A stretch of DNA of 42,532 nt, from NCBI RefSeq assembly GCF_001186125.1, contig NW_014039825.1, positions 1-42,532 on the forward strand, given 5' to 3'. The stretch is from Sphaeroforma arctica JP610. Taxonomy: Eukaryota. How positions within the stretch are numbered: position 1 is the first letter of the stretch; each line of letters opens with the position of its first letter. Both the position numbers and the translations under genes were made by a program. Below the pieces are notes generated by a model. It did not search any database. It saw only the letters and a list, made by a program, of their open reading frames with translations, and was not told the origin of the DNA. This document shows positions 1 to 12,442 of this stretch, one piece after another.

Positions 1-19
1 TCGACTCTAGAGGATCCAC
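1..19. other. Cloning-vector polylinker remnant (SalI-XbaI-BamHI, pCC1FOS/pUC-like)
   Basis: TCGACTCTAGAGGATCCAC at the very start; the window length is fosmid-like. Confidence 0.85.
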
Positions 20-29
20 ATATATATAT

Positions 30-93
<64 letters not shown>

Positions 94-111
94 ATATATA
101 TATATATATAA
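20..111. repeat. (TA)n microsatellite
   Basis: Near-perfect TA run. Confidence 0.98.
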
Positions 112-2414
112 TTGTCTTGCTCATGTTGATAGATGACTTCTCTTAAGTCCAAGCATGTGTGTACCTTCTTTAGTAGGCTTGTTTGCTCATGCCCACGTGT
201 TGATAGTATTGGCAGATTCACCTGTGTTGGTGTTGTTTGTTTGTATATTTGTCCGTCCCGCACCCACTTTTGAACGTTGTCATCTGATCAGGGTATGTAC
301 TTGTGTGGAACGAAGTTTACTTATGCATTCCTGATGTTCTTTTACCTGACTTCTTGTCTCGGTATTTCCACAACTGACCATGGTAAGTTGCAGTGTACAT
401 CAGGTGGGATCATTGCGTTGTGGTCTAATGTCCGATAACTATTCTCGGAAACCCTCTTGCTCATGTTCGGGGTCTTCTTCGCGCGGTGTAAAATGATTCA
501 CATTTTGCATCTGTTGGTAAAAGTGGTCTGATTATCCCTGCTAGATATGTGCCCCAAGTATGGTAAAATGTCCATGGCTAAAAGTATTAGTGACTTTTTG
601 TTGATGAGGTCTAGTACCTCTAGGACTGATAAGTACAGTTCTGTTTATACACTCGATCCATATATGAGCGCTGGGCTCCAGAGCCCACCAGTGCATTGTA
701 TGTGGTCCCATTGATTTGTATATCTATATGCAATCTTTTGTCTCGTGGGGTAAGAATTAAAGAATAAGGTGTGTAAGCAATACCATTTGCATTTTTAGTA
801 ACGTTTCTTCACCATGCATTCACATCTAGCATGTTTATCATGATAGCGTCTGCCCACCAAGCCTGTCAAATTTCTTTGTCCATCTACTGTACCTTGTTTC
901 CAATAGAGATGATGGATTGGTTGAGATTGCTGTGCTGCACTAGCTGTAGCCTTCTGTCGGTTGCTTTCTTTCTTCTTGGGACACTTGCTGAACGCATGAG
1001 GTGAAGGATCTACACGGCAGATGGGCAAGGTCTTGGTCCTCGCTGGGTTGGGTTGGTATTACTCCGTCCCATAGGATATCCTCGGACTTGACCTGGTCCT
1101 GGTCCTTGAGGTTGACCCCCTGTTGGTGGACCAAGTCTTGGACGACTAACTCGTTGGTCTGGAATGGGTACGTTTGTCATTCGTTTGCGTTCTCGATTGT
1201 GAATAGTTTGCATTATTGTTGCTTGTCTCATAAGTTCCTCTGGTAGTCTGTGGAAAGCCTTCTCTGATATGTCAGACAAGTGTTAACTACTTGTAACCAT
1301 CAGGCTTGGTTTGAACCCTAGATATCTTATCAGTTTTAGCCTGCTGTCCGTATCTGACTTGGAGAGGCAACGTGATGCTTTAAGAAGCTACATATTGATG
1401 GGCTCTCTTGCAGTTACCTTAATATCGCTTCAAGCTCAAGAATTGTTCTGCGCAAACGTGCAGCTCTTACTTATATATTCATGTCACTGGCATGAAATTC
1501 GTCGAGCTATTTTTCCATTAGGCAGTCTACTTGAGTTCTGCGCAAGTTATCAATAACTAATATGTCGTAATCTCCAACGTCGGTGAAAGTCTTTCCAAAG
1601 CTGTTTAGAGCTGCGAAAGTTGTTGAGTGCTGTACGTGACACCTCGGTTGCATCCGTCTGTCTTAACAACTCTTGCATCAGTGATAATTATTGTACCAAT
1701 GGCATGTTGGTACTCGCAAACTGATATTTACTACTGACACTAATTCTATTGTGTCACGACAATCAGCCATGCTAGCACACTTGCTGGCTGGCCACTTGGA
1801 AAACTCGTTCATTTCAAGTAGCTTGTCCATCTCTGGATCTGAGATTTTAGCCTTTTCATGATATCTAATTAATGTTAGCTTACTCATACAGCCACTGATT
1901 GCAATTAGCTCATCTTGATCACTTTTATCAAAGTTCTTCACAGCTTTATTGTATAGCTCTGATAACCATTGATCCACTTCTGGTATCATTTTTATGGGTC
2001 AAAGTTTCTGATTTTGTGGAATGCTCGTACATCAATGAGTTCGTCCGCCTTCTATGCGTATAGCGTGTCTACTAATATGCCTATGATGTACGCGTTGCCC
2101 TCGTATATGTTTTCATCGATGGTTTCATTGAACTTTCTCGTTGCACAGTTGTTGAGTTAAATGATATACCCCCTGGTGTGGACTGATCGTCCAACTGCAT
2201 AGCTCTTTCTCCATTACTTGGAGTGAAGTTTTTTAATGGGGCTTGAGATACTGGCATCGTGTGTACTTGTATTGGTCGAGTCCTGGCTCGACTTGTAATT
2301 TTTTCTTGTTTGTGTACGGCTCGAGCTCACTTGTATGCGTAGGCTCCCCCGTGCTGACTTTCGATCCTTTGATAAGGAGCAGAAGACGTTGACTGTTGTG
2401 TGTTCAATGTTCAT
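112..2414 (-). mobile_element. Degenerate Ty3/Gypsy fragment (family A): gag, Zn knuckle, protease and RT N-terminus
   Basis: Frameshifted knuckle C-P-I-C-RVDPSP-H-AFSK-C (~981-1027). Protease with mutated catalytic Asp, IQINGTTYNALVGSGAQRSY (~662-722). RT start VQKWVRDGQIYKQTTPTQVNLPIL...KKVHTCLDL (~112-280) aligns with the RTs of families B and D. Upstream boundary approximate. Confidence 0.8.
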
Positions 2415-4268
2415 TGTAGTGTTAGAATTCGTGATTTGTTGTTTGCACTATTTTCCCACCTAAAAGTAGTATCCCCTTGAATTCACACGTTCCGTGTTAC
2501 ATATGGAAGTTTACCTTTATGTTGGCCTTCGTTGTGGTGTCTATGTGGAAGTTGAATACAGTTCATTAGGCTTGATTTGATCGAACTGACGTACTCCTTG
2601 ACACCTGTGTTTGTGTAGAGGTTTTATGTTTCGAGTTGATAAACTTTGGTTTATATTTGTTTATTTGATGACTTCTTGTAAACTTAGTTCACTGTGTCGT
2701 CAGCCTTAGTTCTTGGTTTTTCAGATGTCCTCGTGTTGAGTACCGAAATTCCGTGTTTTCGAAGTAAGTGATTCTTAACTGTTGTCAGTCAGTATCCATA
2801 TTATATATTGTGTGTATCTTTATAATTTCTTGTATGTGTGTATAAATGTCTACTTGATGTGTTTTGTTCTTGAGCATCTACATATTGTGGATGTCCCTGC
2901 ACTTGTGTTTACTTATGGTACCTTCGTTGTTGATAATTTTGTGCGCTGTAGTTGTGTCTTGCTACAAAATTACTTAAGTGTATCCGCATCTGTGTCTGTG
3001 CACGTGATCTGCTTCTGCAGTATTTGCATATTTATCGTTATATCTGTTTTTTTTTCATGTCAATTATATGTTTGCATGTGTTTGTATGTTTCATCCGTGG
3101 ATTTATTCTTTGCGCTGGCTAATACGAAGCACGATTTTCGAAATAACACGTCGTTTCGCCCAATACATGTCGATTTCATCTGCTACATGCAATTTCATAT
3201 GCTTTTCTCTGCCCTTAAATTGCACTCCCTATTGATACCCTCTACAGTGCTACACATGGCGTACTAAGTATCAGGCTACTGTACCTCAGTAGCGTTAACT
3301 TCCTACCTTCTTGTGTTGTCCCTTTCCTCGTGATTTGGGCTTTCTATTATTTCTCTTTGTGCTTTTCCTCCCTAACACTGGCACTGCGGTTGAAAACCCC
3401 TGTGGCGCAAATACCTAAAACTGCATAAACTGATCGACCGTTAGGAAACCCACTGCCGGATATCTGGCGCGCCACTTTCGTGTCAACCGAGCACCTTTCG
3501 TCGCGAGCTCTCGAATAAATAGTGCCTACATTAGTACTGAAAGCGTGAGCTTGGAAGTCCCTCCAGACTATGTTGCTTTTCCCCCCATTTGTCTATCGCC
3601 GTATATGCCATTTGTGAGACCCTTCAGGATCATATCAGCAAAAATTAGAGCTTATACGAGTCTGCGTTTAGAACACGTATTGAACTTGCGTATTGTGTCT
3701 CCTGTTGATGTTCGAATGTAGACGTTCTAAGTATATAAAGATATGAATTTACGTTTTATTGGCTCATGCCACGTTAACGTATAAAGTTGGGCCCAGATTA
3801 TTTAACTGAGGGACAAAATACAAGAATAACCACAACGTAATTGAAACTTTCAGTCCCCTTATCGGAGACATGATTTATTCATTCTGGATTACTTTTGAAC
3901 AGTGATCCTTTGTGATCGAACTTAGGATTTAGGTTAACGATATAGGTAAAGGGAAGCTTTAGATAGTTACACATGAAGATATGTTGCAATTAGAATAATG
4001 TGAGGGCATGTCCGGCCGGGGAGATACAACACTGCAGAATTTTATTACTCCAGGATAAACAAAACCGTAGAGAAATGACAGGTCATAGATGCTTGGTAAT
4101 TTTTTTAGATTGCCAATTATGGTAAAATATTGTAGCATCAGGTAACAAGTCCTATGATGTAAGCCTACAATATTGTGTACATCATATAGAAACTAGGGGT
4201 CAGTCGTGTACATGTTACAAACTTGACATTTAGATTATAGAATTAAATGTTGATTCCAAATTTCTGGT

Positions 4269-4920
4269 ATGAGCAGTGATAGACAAAGACGTTGGAATGT
4301 CCGCGAGCCCGTAACTAGGCCTTCCAGTCGAGTGAGCACTGATACTAGCGAAGAGCCAATCACCCCGAACGGTCAACAAACAAGCGAATGGAAATAGCCC
4401 TGAACACGAAAGCGATCCAAATCCGACACAGTGATTCGCAGGGGGTAATATAATCAATGCAAGTGCACCAAACTGTCAATTCAGGAATTATTCTCACCCA
4501 CACACGCAGCAGCCTATGTTTAACACATGTCAGTGCTACGCCAACACTGGGCCAGATCAGAAATATACAATCACAACAGCAGTACCTCCACCACCAGAAT
4601 TTCAGACCGTTAAGCCAGGTGTCCATTCAAGTGCACAGGCCGGATACCGCACAACGCAGCCAGGTTTCCAGAATGCTTGAGCAGGAGACCCCATGTTGGT
4701 GGTTATCGTCAAAATAAGCCATCCGAATCCACATCCGATAATCACAATACTCCTACAGATACTCGCGATCGCTGTCAAGTTATGGAAGCTCAGCTGAAAG
4801 AACTGACTGAGGACAATACGCGCATGAAGAAGTAACTGGCAACCACCGTTGTGAGCGCAAGTGGGATGCATCCTGGAGCTACTAAGGGCGTAACCCAGGA
4901 TAGTCGCTTGTGAGTGAACT
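4269..4920 (+). pseudogene. Decayed low-complexity ORF, possibly the gag N-terminus of another element
   Basis: ATG at 4269 (MSSDRQRRWNVREP...), broken by stops and frameshifts; coiled-coil-like RCQVMEAQLKELTEDNTRMKK; no diagnostic motif. Confidence 0.3.
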
Positions 4921-4939
4921 GCATGATGGGGTCCAAATG

Positions 4940-7900
4940 CTGGGGAGCACGGGACAACATGTGTCCGCCATATAATTACATTCACCAGGAATGTAGCGGA
5001 TATGAACTGTATGTTTACGGACCTTCTGGACTAGACGGAGGAGACGATCACCACGAATTGTCTTAGGAAACACCATATCCTGGTGGAAGAAACAGATCAC
5101 ATTCTAGTGATCAGTCCAGATATATAAAGGGTTGTAATCAGCAGTAATAGTCCTTTCATCCTTTTCAATGCCATATTGTTTCCAAGTCAAAAGTGTGATA
5201 GCAACGTTGGGCAGGGTTGAGTTTCGTGCTTCGACAAGAAACGGGGTATAAACGGTCAATGCCGTTGATGGAATAACCATGGATACGAGGATCGATAATA
5301 GGTGAAGAAGAATCCGGCATATGCGTAACACATGATAGACGTCGTGCACGGTTTAATTATAGTTACTCTCGTTCTGAATAACGCTCGGCTTGAGTTTTTC
5401 GAGCACGTTTATAAACAGGGAGAGTGAAGTTGACGGCACCACTTGGGGTGGCAGGGCGCTTGAGGCCAGCACGTAAAGACGGCGACGAGGTTGGGTAGGG
5501 TCGTAGATTTACGAAAGTATTTGCCTGTGAGTTTTGTTGAAGCTTATTCTGGAGTAGAACTTGGTCTGCTGAAGCCATTCTTTTGGATCTTAGTGGTTGA
5601 ACCCAACCAGCAGGAAGTGGAGATGAGGGTTCATGCTGCCGAGGGATTCGAACAAAAAGTCCAGTGCGAATGCTGATAGGACAAGCATCGGCAAACATGT
5701 GAAGATGATGTTCAGGTTGTGGAGTAACAAGCATCATGGTACCTCGAATAGCGTTATTAGCTAATGTATAGGCTGAATGGCAGGCAGCAGTGTAGTGAAA
5801 TTTAACATTCTTGGAAGTAAGATCAGTCAGTGGGGCAAGAATAGTAGCCAAGTTTGGTATATATTGTGCCCATCAGTTCATGGTGGCACAAAAGGTTTGT
5901 ACCTCGTGTTTGTCCCGAGGGGGTGGCATTGATATAAGTGCTTGGAGACGATCTTGAGAAATCGTCGTAAAATTATGTAAAGTGACTCGGCCGTAGTAAA
6001 CCTTAAGGACGTCACTGATAAATCAAGCCAATGTTGAGCTAAGGCCGTGGTACCCCAATGTGCCATGTACCCATCGTCAACAAAGTGCTTAAGGCCTTGG
6101 CGAGAGGCCGCAAATTTACGATCCATGACTTCCTGTAAGGCATAGGCCATTATCTTGACACCAAAACATCAGCAATAGGACGCCAAACGTCGCCGGTAGA
6201 TGTCATCCACGTGAGATAATCACGAGAGTCTTTATAATAACGCAGCGGATTGAAACTGCAGGCCATGTCCATGGTCGAAACAATATCGTCGGCGGGTTTA
6301 ATACGTGGATTCTTACGTGCGAGAACAGCACTAGACATCCACGGACAAAAATAATTCCCGGGCTCAATAATTCCACGTGCATGGTCACGAGCACAAATTT
6401 CCTGTTCCCATTGAACATATTGTGGATTCTTTTGTTTATAAATAATACGCCGAGGGCGCGTGTTGACCTTGATTTTTATCTTAACCTCAACACCCGTAAT
6501 ATAGTTATGATTATCGGGATCGTAACGGATACGGTTAAAGGCTTCTTTGAGCTTATCGACCTCAGTAGGTGATCTAGATAGCTTTATAGCTAATGAATCT
6601 ATTCCTGTCCAATCGTATTCCTCTAGGTCCCCGGGTGCGTCACGGCATATGCGATGGAATTCTACAAGAGCAGCAGTATTAACTTCGGCACGAACAAGTA
6701 TGCCCACAAAAGGAAGGGATGTGATTGGTATAATACCAACAGAGGAAGGTTTTGGGGTAGGAGCCTGGAGTTTCAAGCCAAAAGTAGGTGAGGAAGTAGT
6801 GTTGTCCCAATAGGTAACAATAAGATTATCTCGTTGAGCCGTAAAACTGAATAGGATATCACATCCTATGGGAATACCATCAGTTAAATAACCTCACCGT
6901 TCTCATCTTTACCCGGGGTTCTGGGGTTTGAAAGGGACGTTCGTGAACGAGAAGGACGGCGATCACGGGACTGAGAGCGGTCCTGGCGAGAATTTTTAGT
7001 ATTAGACGTCATTGCTTCAGACATAGTCTCCTGGTCTGGAACCACTGAGGCAGTTGCCAAGGGATGTGGAGCAGGATATGTATTCCGGTTACGTTGACCA
7101 CGGCGGTCATTTCGATCACGAAGGCGGGGTGCTTGGCCATTGCCACGATTCTTGGAATCAAAACGAGAAGTGTTATAGCGACCGCGGTCTTGATTATTTG
7201 CTCGTGGGTTTGAGTACTCACCTACACTCAACAAGGTCAGCTGGGGGATAGTTCGGAAACTTTCGGGACCATGACTCGTCAAGTACAGCGGAAGCGTAAG
7301 CAAAACCTGCATAGATATGTAAGTTATGAAAAGATACTTTCTCCTAGTTGTCTAGACAAATGTTGAAGAAATCGCTGAACCTCTGATGCATTGTATCCAG
7401 AAATTGGATGATGATGTCTGCATCATAGCAGAGCAATTTATAGAGGCAATCCATGTTGAAGGGGTCATTGGCAACAGGAAGGAGGAGTGAGTGAACCGAT
7501 CGGCAATCACGGTCAGCACCTACTTTGAGGTTGGACAACAGCATGTCATCGCTGATGGATGCATGTATGGGAGGAAGAACTGGCAAAGCATGACGCCAAG
7601 TCTTTGTACGGGGGTCTTGGTGGAACAACTCAGGGTGCTCGAGGATCCATGTTTCTTTGTAGATATCCCAGACGAAGCCATCATACCAGTCATTAAGTTC
7701 ACCGGAAGAATTAAAGGCATCATGTTTGTAACGATAAACCCAACGGTTGCGAGAGCGAGACCAACGGAATGGTCCTACCGGTTTCGGGGGACGAGGAGAA
7801 GAATAAGATGAATCTGATAAATCAGTAGAGTTATTGTCATCATCCTCAGGAACATCGTTAGCAGAAGTTGGGTCGGGTACAGTAGTAGTAACAGCATCAG

Positions 7901-8823
7901 GCTGCGGAGGAGGGTCGGAAGAGGCAGTAGTTTCTGGTTTCTTCACACTAAAGTTGCGGGTAGCAAGCAAGGCTGAACGGAGATCAGCATAGATTTGGCA
8001 GGCATAAAAGCTTTAGCTTCAAGAGCCAAGCGGGCAGATGGATTTCGATTGTACTTAGCAGATTGCATGTTTTCGAGTTCGCGGTGACCAAGGATTATGG
8101 CCACTCTGACCATCATCTCATGGAATTATTGAAGCCATGTAATTCGGTGGTATGAGTTATTCCCATCAGGGCCACGGACTTGCTGAGCAAAGCGGTAGAT
8201 GTGGGGGTCATTTCCGGGCTTGAAGAAAATATTAGCCATTGGGCCAAATTCAGTTTGACAATAGAGGTGAACTCTTGAGGTGTAGCAGACGGGGTCAGCC
8301 ATGGATCAATCAAATGCCAAGATGGCTGATCAACAAACTTCATGAAGGTATTGATTTTAGCGCTGCGTTCGGAAGTTGTACAGCGGTTATCCAGCTTGCG
8401 GAAAGGTATCTCTTCGACGTAAGCGTGAAAATTACGGACCCATGGAACAATTGGGCGATCAGGATCAAAATGAAGAACACGAGGAACATTGCCCTTAGGT
8501 CTGTTGTTGTTAGATGTTTTGGTTTTTCTACCCATAGTGGTAAATTGAAGGAGAGCCCAGTTAGTTAAAGCTCAACAACCATAAGACAAATTGTAGAGCC
8601 TATACAGTACGACACGAGTTGGGATAAACGTTAGAATGCATTTATTTGTCTTGTGTTGGTTGTAGCTTTAGCTAATGAAAGTGAAGCTACAACCGACAGT
8701 TGTACTGCTTTTTATATCTTTGTCACACGAGAGTCGTCGTATTTCCATTCTCGTCTCCAGACCGACCGTTGGTAATTTAATGTCACACGAAAGTGTTTTG
8801 TCAGTTTCCGTTCAAGTCTGACA
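4940..8823 (-). mobile_element. Degenerate Ty3/Gypsy fragment (family E): putative 5' LTR/leader, gag, partial protease, RT and RNase H; no integrase seen
   Basis: gag ORFs 8113-8535, 7344-7970 and 6884-7312; protease tail GIPIGCDIL (~6860-6885); RT PWMSSAVLARK and KHFVDD; RNase H HLHMFADAC, RYSERE, IWTDH, IRYIPGECNYMAD; TATA-like motif at ~8709-8718. LTR limits approximate. Confidence 0.8.
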
Positions 8824-9801
8824 TTTGACCCGCCAAATTACAAATAAGGTATCCGAATTGGTCTATGAACTGTTCCACAAGTTTAAGCAGGTTTTAGTCC
8901 ATAAACCGCAATTCGCTGGCTAAAGTAAAAGACTAAAAGTATATTTAGCCTCCGCCACTCGGAGCTCACGGACTCGCGTAATTACTAAATAGTCACGGAC
9001 TCACAGTCACGGCCCTCATAGCAGGCTCACACTGAGTCACACCCGGGCCGTCGGGCACTCACGTAACACAGCTGCACAACCGACCCACAACAAGAAGTGA
9101 CTCGGAGTCGGCAGTCGGCAGTCGGCTGGCTGCATGACTGTATGAGCCACGAAGATTTGCAATTTTGCATAGTATGAGTAAAATTTCGTGCTATTTTAAA
9201 ATATATATATAAAAATAATATCAATTTAAAAACCAAAAACAAAAACGCTGATACGTCTGAGATTAAAATCGGGGAGTACCCGACTAGGCGACTCCCCGCT
9301 TTCTAATGTTTGATTTATATCCTGATCCATTTCACTGATTTCAGACAAAGAAAATCTCCTTATTTTTCTCAGAAAATGTGTTTTCATAGCCTTCTAAATC
9401 AAACATTTCCCTTTTATTGATTCTTTTTTTTTTAATTATGTATCTGTTTCATTCTATATTTATGTTTCTTTTGGTTTAAAAAAAAATCAAATCAAATAGC
9501 TGTTGTGTCACAGTCACAACTGATGACAACTCACAAGACTGTCAACTGTCAAGTGTCAACCGCTGTGTGAGTGTGACTGTGTTTAGTATTTACACTATAC
9601 TGTACGTCTGTGCCGGTGACACGGTGTGCCCTCGCCCATATCTCTAAGTCCCTCTCACGTGAGAGTAGAGAGTAAGAGTAGTGTGCCAGGGCGCCAGGCC
9701 TCCAGGTACCAGCAGACGCCAGACAGTCGAGCCCAAAAAAACCCCAAAACAGGTTTGTAGTGTCAACCATGTTTACCTCCGATTTAAAACAATATTGGTG
9801 T

Positions 9802-10221
9802 TGTAAGTACCGAACTGTTGGGTAATGCTCCTGGGCGTCATAAGAGTGCGAGAACTTGTAAGTGTGGGCGATAACTTGCAAGTGTGAAAACTAATAAGTT
9901 CGAAAAGTTCTAAGTTGTATAATGCGGTTTGTTGGCGAACGGCCGCTCAGGCTCGAAAGACGAGGAGGTTGGTGTATGATTGGTGCTTTGCGTACCGAAG
10001 TGCGGGGTAATATGAGCTGGAGGTTGGCAGATGACGATATATGTTGAATGAACTTGTAGGCTCGAAATTAAGAAGATATACTATATGATAGGCGGCAGGA
10101 TTCTCAAGGAAATCCTTCGGAAATAGTATAAATACGTGGTTTAGTTCATTCAAGAAGTTTATTCTGCTAAGGTAGACGTTTATTCAACAATCGAGGAGTT
10201 AATACTAAGTTCACCGTTACA
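9802..10221 (+). mobile_element. Candidate solo LTR
   Basis: TGTAA...TTACA inverted termini, 420 bp, TATAAATA at ~10127; flanks GTGT/TTGT give only an imperfect TSD. Confidence 0.4.
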
Positions 10222-10536
10222 TTGTGTTTTGAGCCGATCTAAGATTACAGTTTTGGTTTTTATATATTAAAAGGATACCGTCTGACAATCGGCAGTCTGA
10301 CAGTGAGTTCGACTTTGAACACCTGTTTTATCCACAGATTGTTGGAATGATTCGCCCCTCATTTACATATTCTATAAAAATTTAACTATGTGTACATTTG
10401 TATTGTATGCAACACGGCAGCCGCAGGTGTCAGGTGAATATCGCCCCCTACGCCGGACATCACAATATTAAAGTATGAACACTACGGAGAAATCTGACAT
10501 ACAAATGAGACGAATTTATAAATAATAATAAAAATC

Positions 10537-10608
10537 TGACCGGTGAAAGGATCGAACTTCCGGCCGTAAGGTTTGGAATCTTACGCTCTACCGCTGAGCT
10601 AACCAGCC
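10537..10608 (-). tRNA. trnW: tRNA-Trp (anticodon CCA)
   Basis: GGCTGGT-TA-GCTCAGCGGTAGAGC-G-TAAGA-TTCCAAA-CCTTA-CGGCC-GGAAG-TTCGATC-CTTTC-ACCGGTC-A folds as a cloverleaf; no encoded CCA tail; followed by a T5 Pol III terminator. Confidence 0.93.
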
Positions 10609-11920
10609 ATATAAATAGGGACCAGTAACGATACCAATCACAAGTAGCTGGGTGTCAAGGTGAGAACTGGTCGACAGTATTTATTCATAACTGGCCGTGT
10701 ATTTTTTTTTGTGGCAAATCAAAACGATGACAAATGTCATGTGGATTGAGGAATGAAGTGTGTGAATGACTGAATGTGTGATAGACTGATATTGTAGCCT
10801 CCAGGTATTTTGGAAAAGTTACAGCCAGTGCTAAGGCCTAGGTCGACAATTAACCAGAATAAATCATGTATTTCCATTGGTCAAGACGTCTTAAATATTT
10901 TTTTCTGAAACCGACATTTCATTTTCTCAACTGACGATATCGAAGATTCAAACTCTTTTCTAGTGGCTTTTAGTTAAAATTAATCCAATGAAATCAAATT
11001 TTGTATCACACATTTTGTAAATGAAGTTTCACAACGTTATATAAGTTCGCTGTTAGTCGAGCCAATCAGAAGATGCCAACGATACGCACCCCTGCACTCA
11101 AAGTCCAGACCGGTCCACGAAATCAATGGCTCAAGGTACGTTCTTAAGACCATAGAGACATTTTTGTACGCACACGAAATGATACACACAGAATAGGACA
11201 AACATTGCTATCGGTGGTGGACAACGAGATAGCGTTGGTAGCGAATTATAAACCGTCTGTTGCAGTTTTAAATAGTTGACACTATCGTTGTTTACCACCG
11301 GTTGCGACCGTTTACCGTAGACTTTATTGATTTATTTTGATAAATATGTAGAATTACTTCCTGATTATATCCAGTTCTGTAAGTAAGTAACTGTACTGTG
11401 TAAGATAAGTTAGCGTAAGATAGTCGGCAGTATGCCAAGTAGTGGTAGTATGTCAAGTAGTGATGATGAAGTGTTCTGCAAAGAAACTTCATTGCAAAGT
11501 CCACCCAGTGCAGGCAGTACACAACACAGTGTACGCCGTACGTCCCCACCGCATGCATCGCATGCATCGCATGCATCACGTCAAATTCCAAGACAGATCA
11601 ATCAACTTTCAGCTTCGGGCCTTCAGGCAATAGCCATAGCGCAACCTAGGAAAGTATATGGAGAAATTAGTAAGTGTAAATCCAAAGCTGCGCGATTAGC
11701 TTTAAAACAAACGCACAGTAGATCACAGAGATTAGTAACAAACCCATGACATTCAAACGATGAACGCACTAACAGAGTTAACGAAGCACGCGCTCATGAA
11801 GTAAACGATGCACGCGATAATAACCTCGTACGGAAAACACTATTCAACGATCAGGAAGGTGCAAAACATCGTTGCACCAATTCATTGCAAAGGAGATTGC
11901 GGTACAAAATTAAACACACG

Positions 11921-12442
11921 TACTGCTGCCAACACAGATACTACCGCGCATACTGCGACCAACACAGACACTACTGCACGTGCTGCAACCAACACAGACA
12001 CTACTGCACGTGCTACGACCAGCACAGGCACTACTGCACATACTGCGACTAGCACAGACACTACTGCACGTGCTGCGACCAACACAGACACTACTGCATG
12101 AGCTGCAACCAGCACAGACACTACTGCACATGCTGCGACCAACACAGACACTACTGCACGTGCTGCGACCAACACAGACACTACTGTACATACTGCGACC
12201 AACACAGACACTAATGTATGTGGTGCAACCAGCACAGACACCACTGCACGTTCTGCGACCAACACAGACACTACTGTATGTGGTGCAACCAGCACAGACA
12301 CTACTGCACGTACTGCGTCCAACAAAGACACTACTGTACATACTGCAACTGACACAAACACTACTGCACGTGCTGCGACCAGCACAGACACTACTGCACG
12401 TGCTGCGACCAGCACAGACACTACTGCACGTGCTGCGACCAG
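11921..12442 (+). repeat. 30-bp minisatellite, ~17 copies
   Basis: Unit CTACTGCACGTGCTGCGACCAACACAGACA; one inverted copy also at ~13828-13857. Confidence 0.97.

Noticed and set aside
2782..3267. 161-aa hydrophobic ORF as an env-like or membrane protein
   Set aside because: TTG start, TG-rich low-complexity DNA antisense to family A, no motifs
9802..10608. tRNA-targeted integration of the candidate solo LTR
   Set aside because: Single case, ~315 bp downstream of the tRNA, and the LTR call itself is weak
11921..12442. CRISPR array, or real ORFs on the minus strand (11882-12457, 11910-12533)
   Set aside because: Head-to-tail minisatellite; those ORFs are by-products of a stop-poor repeat unit
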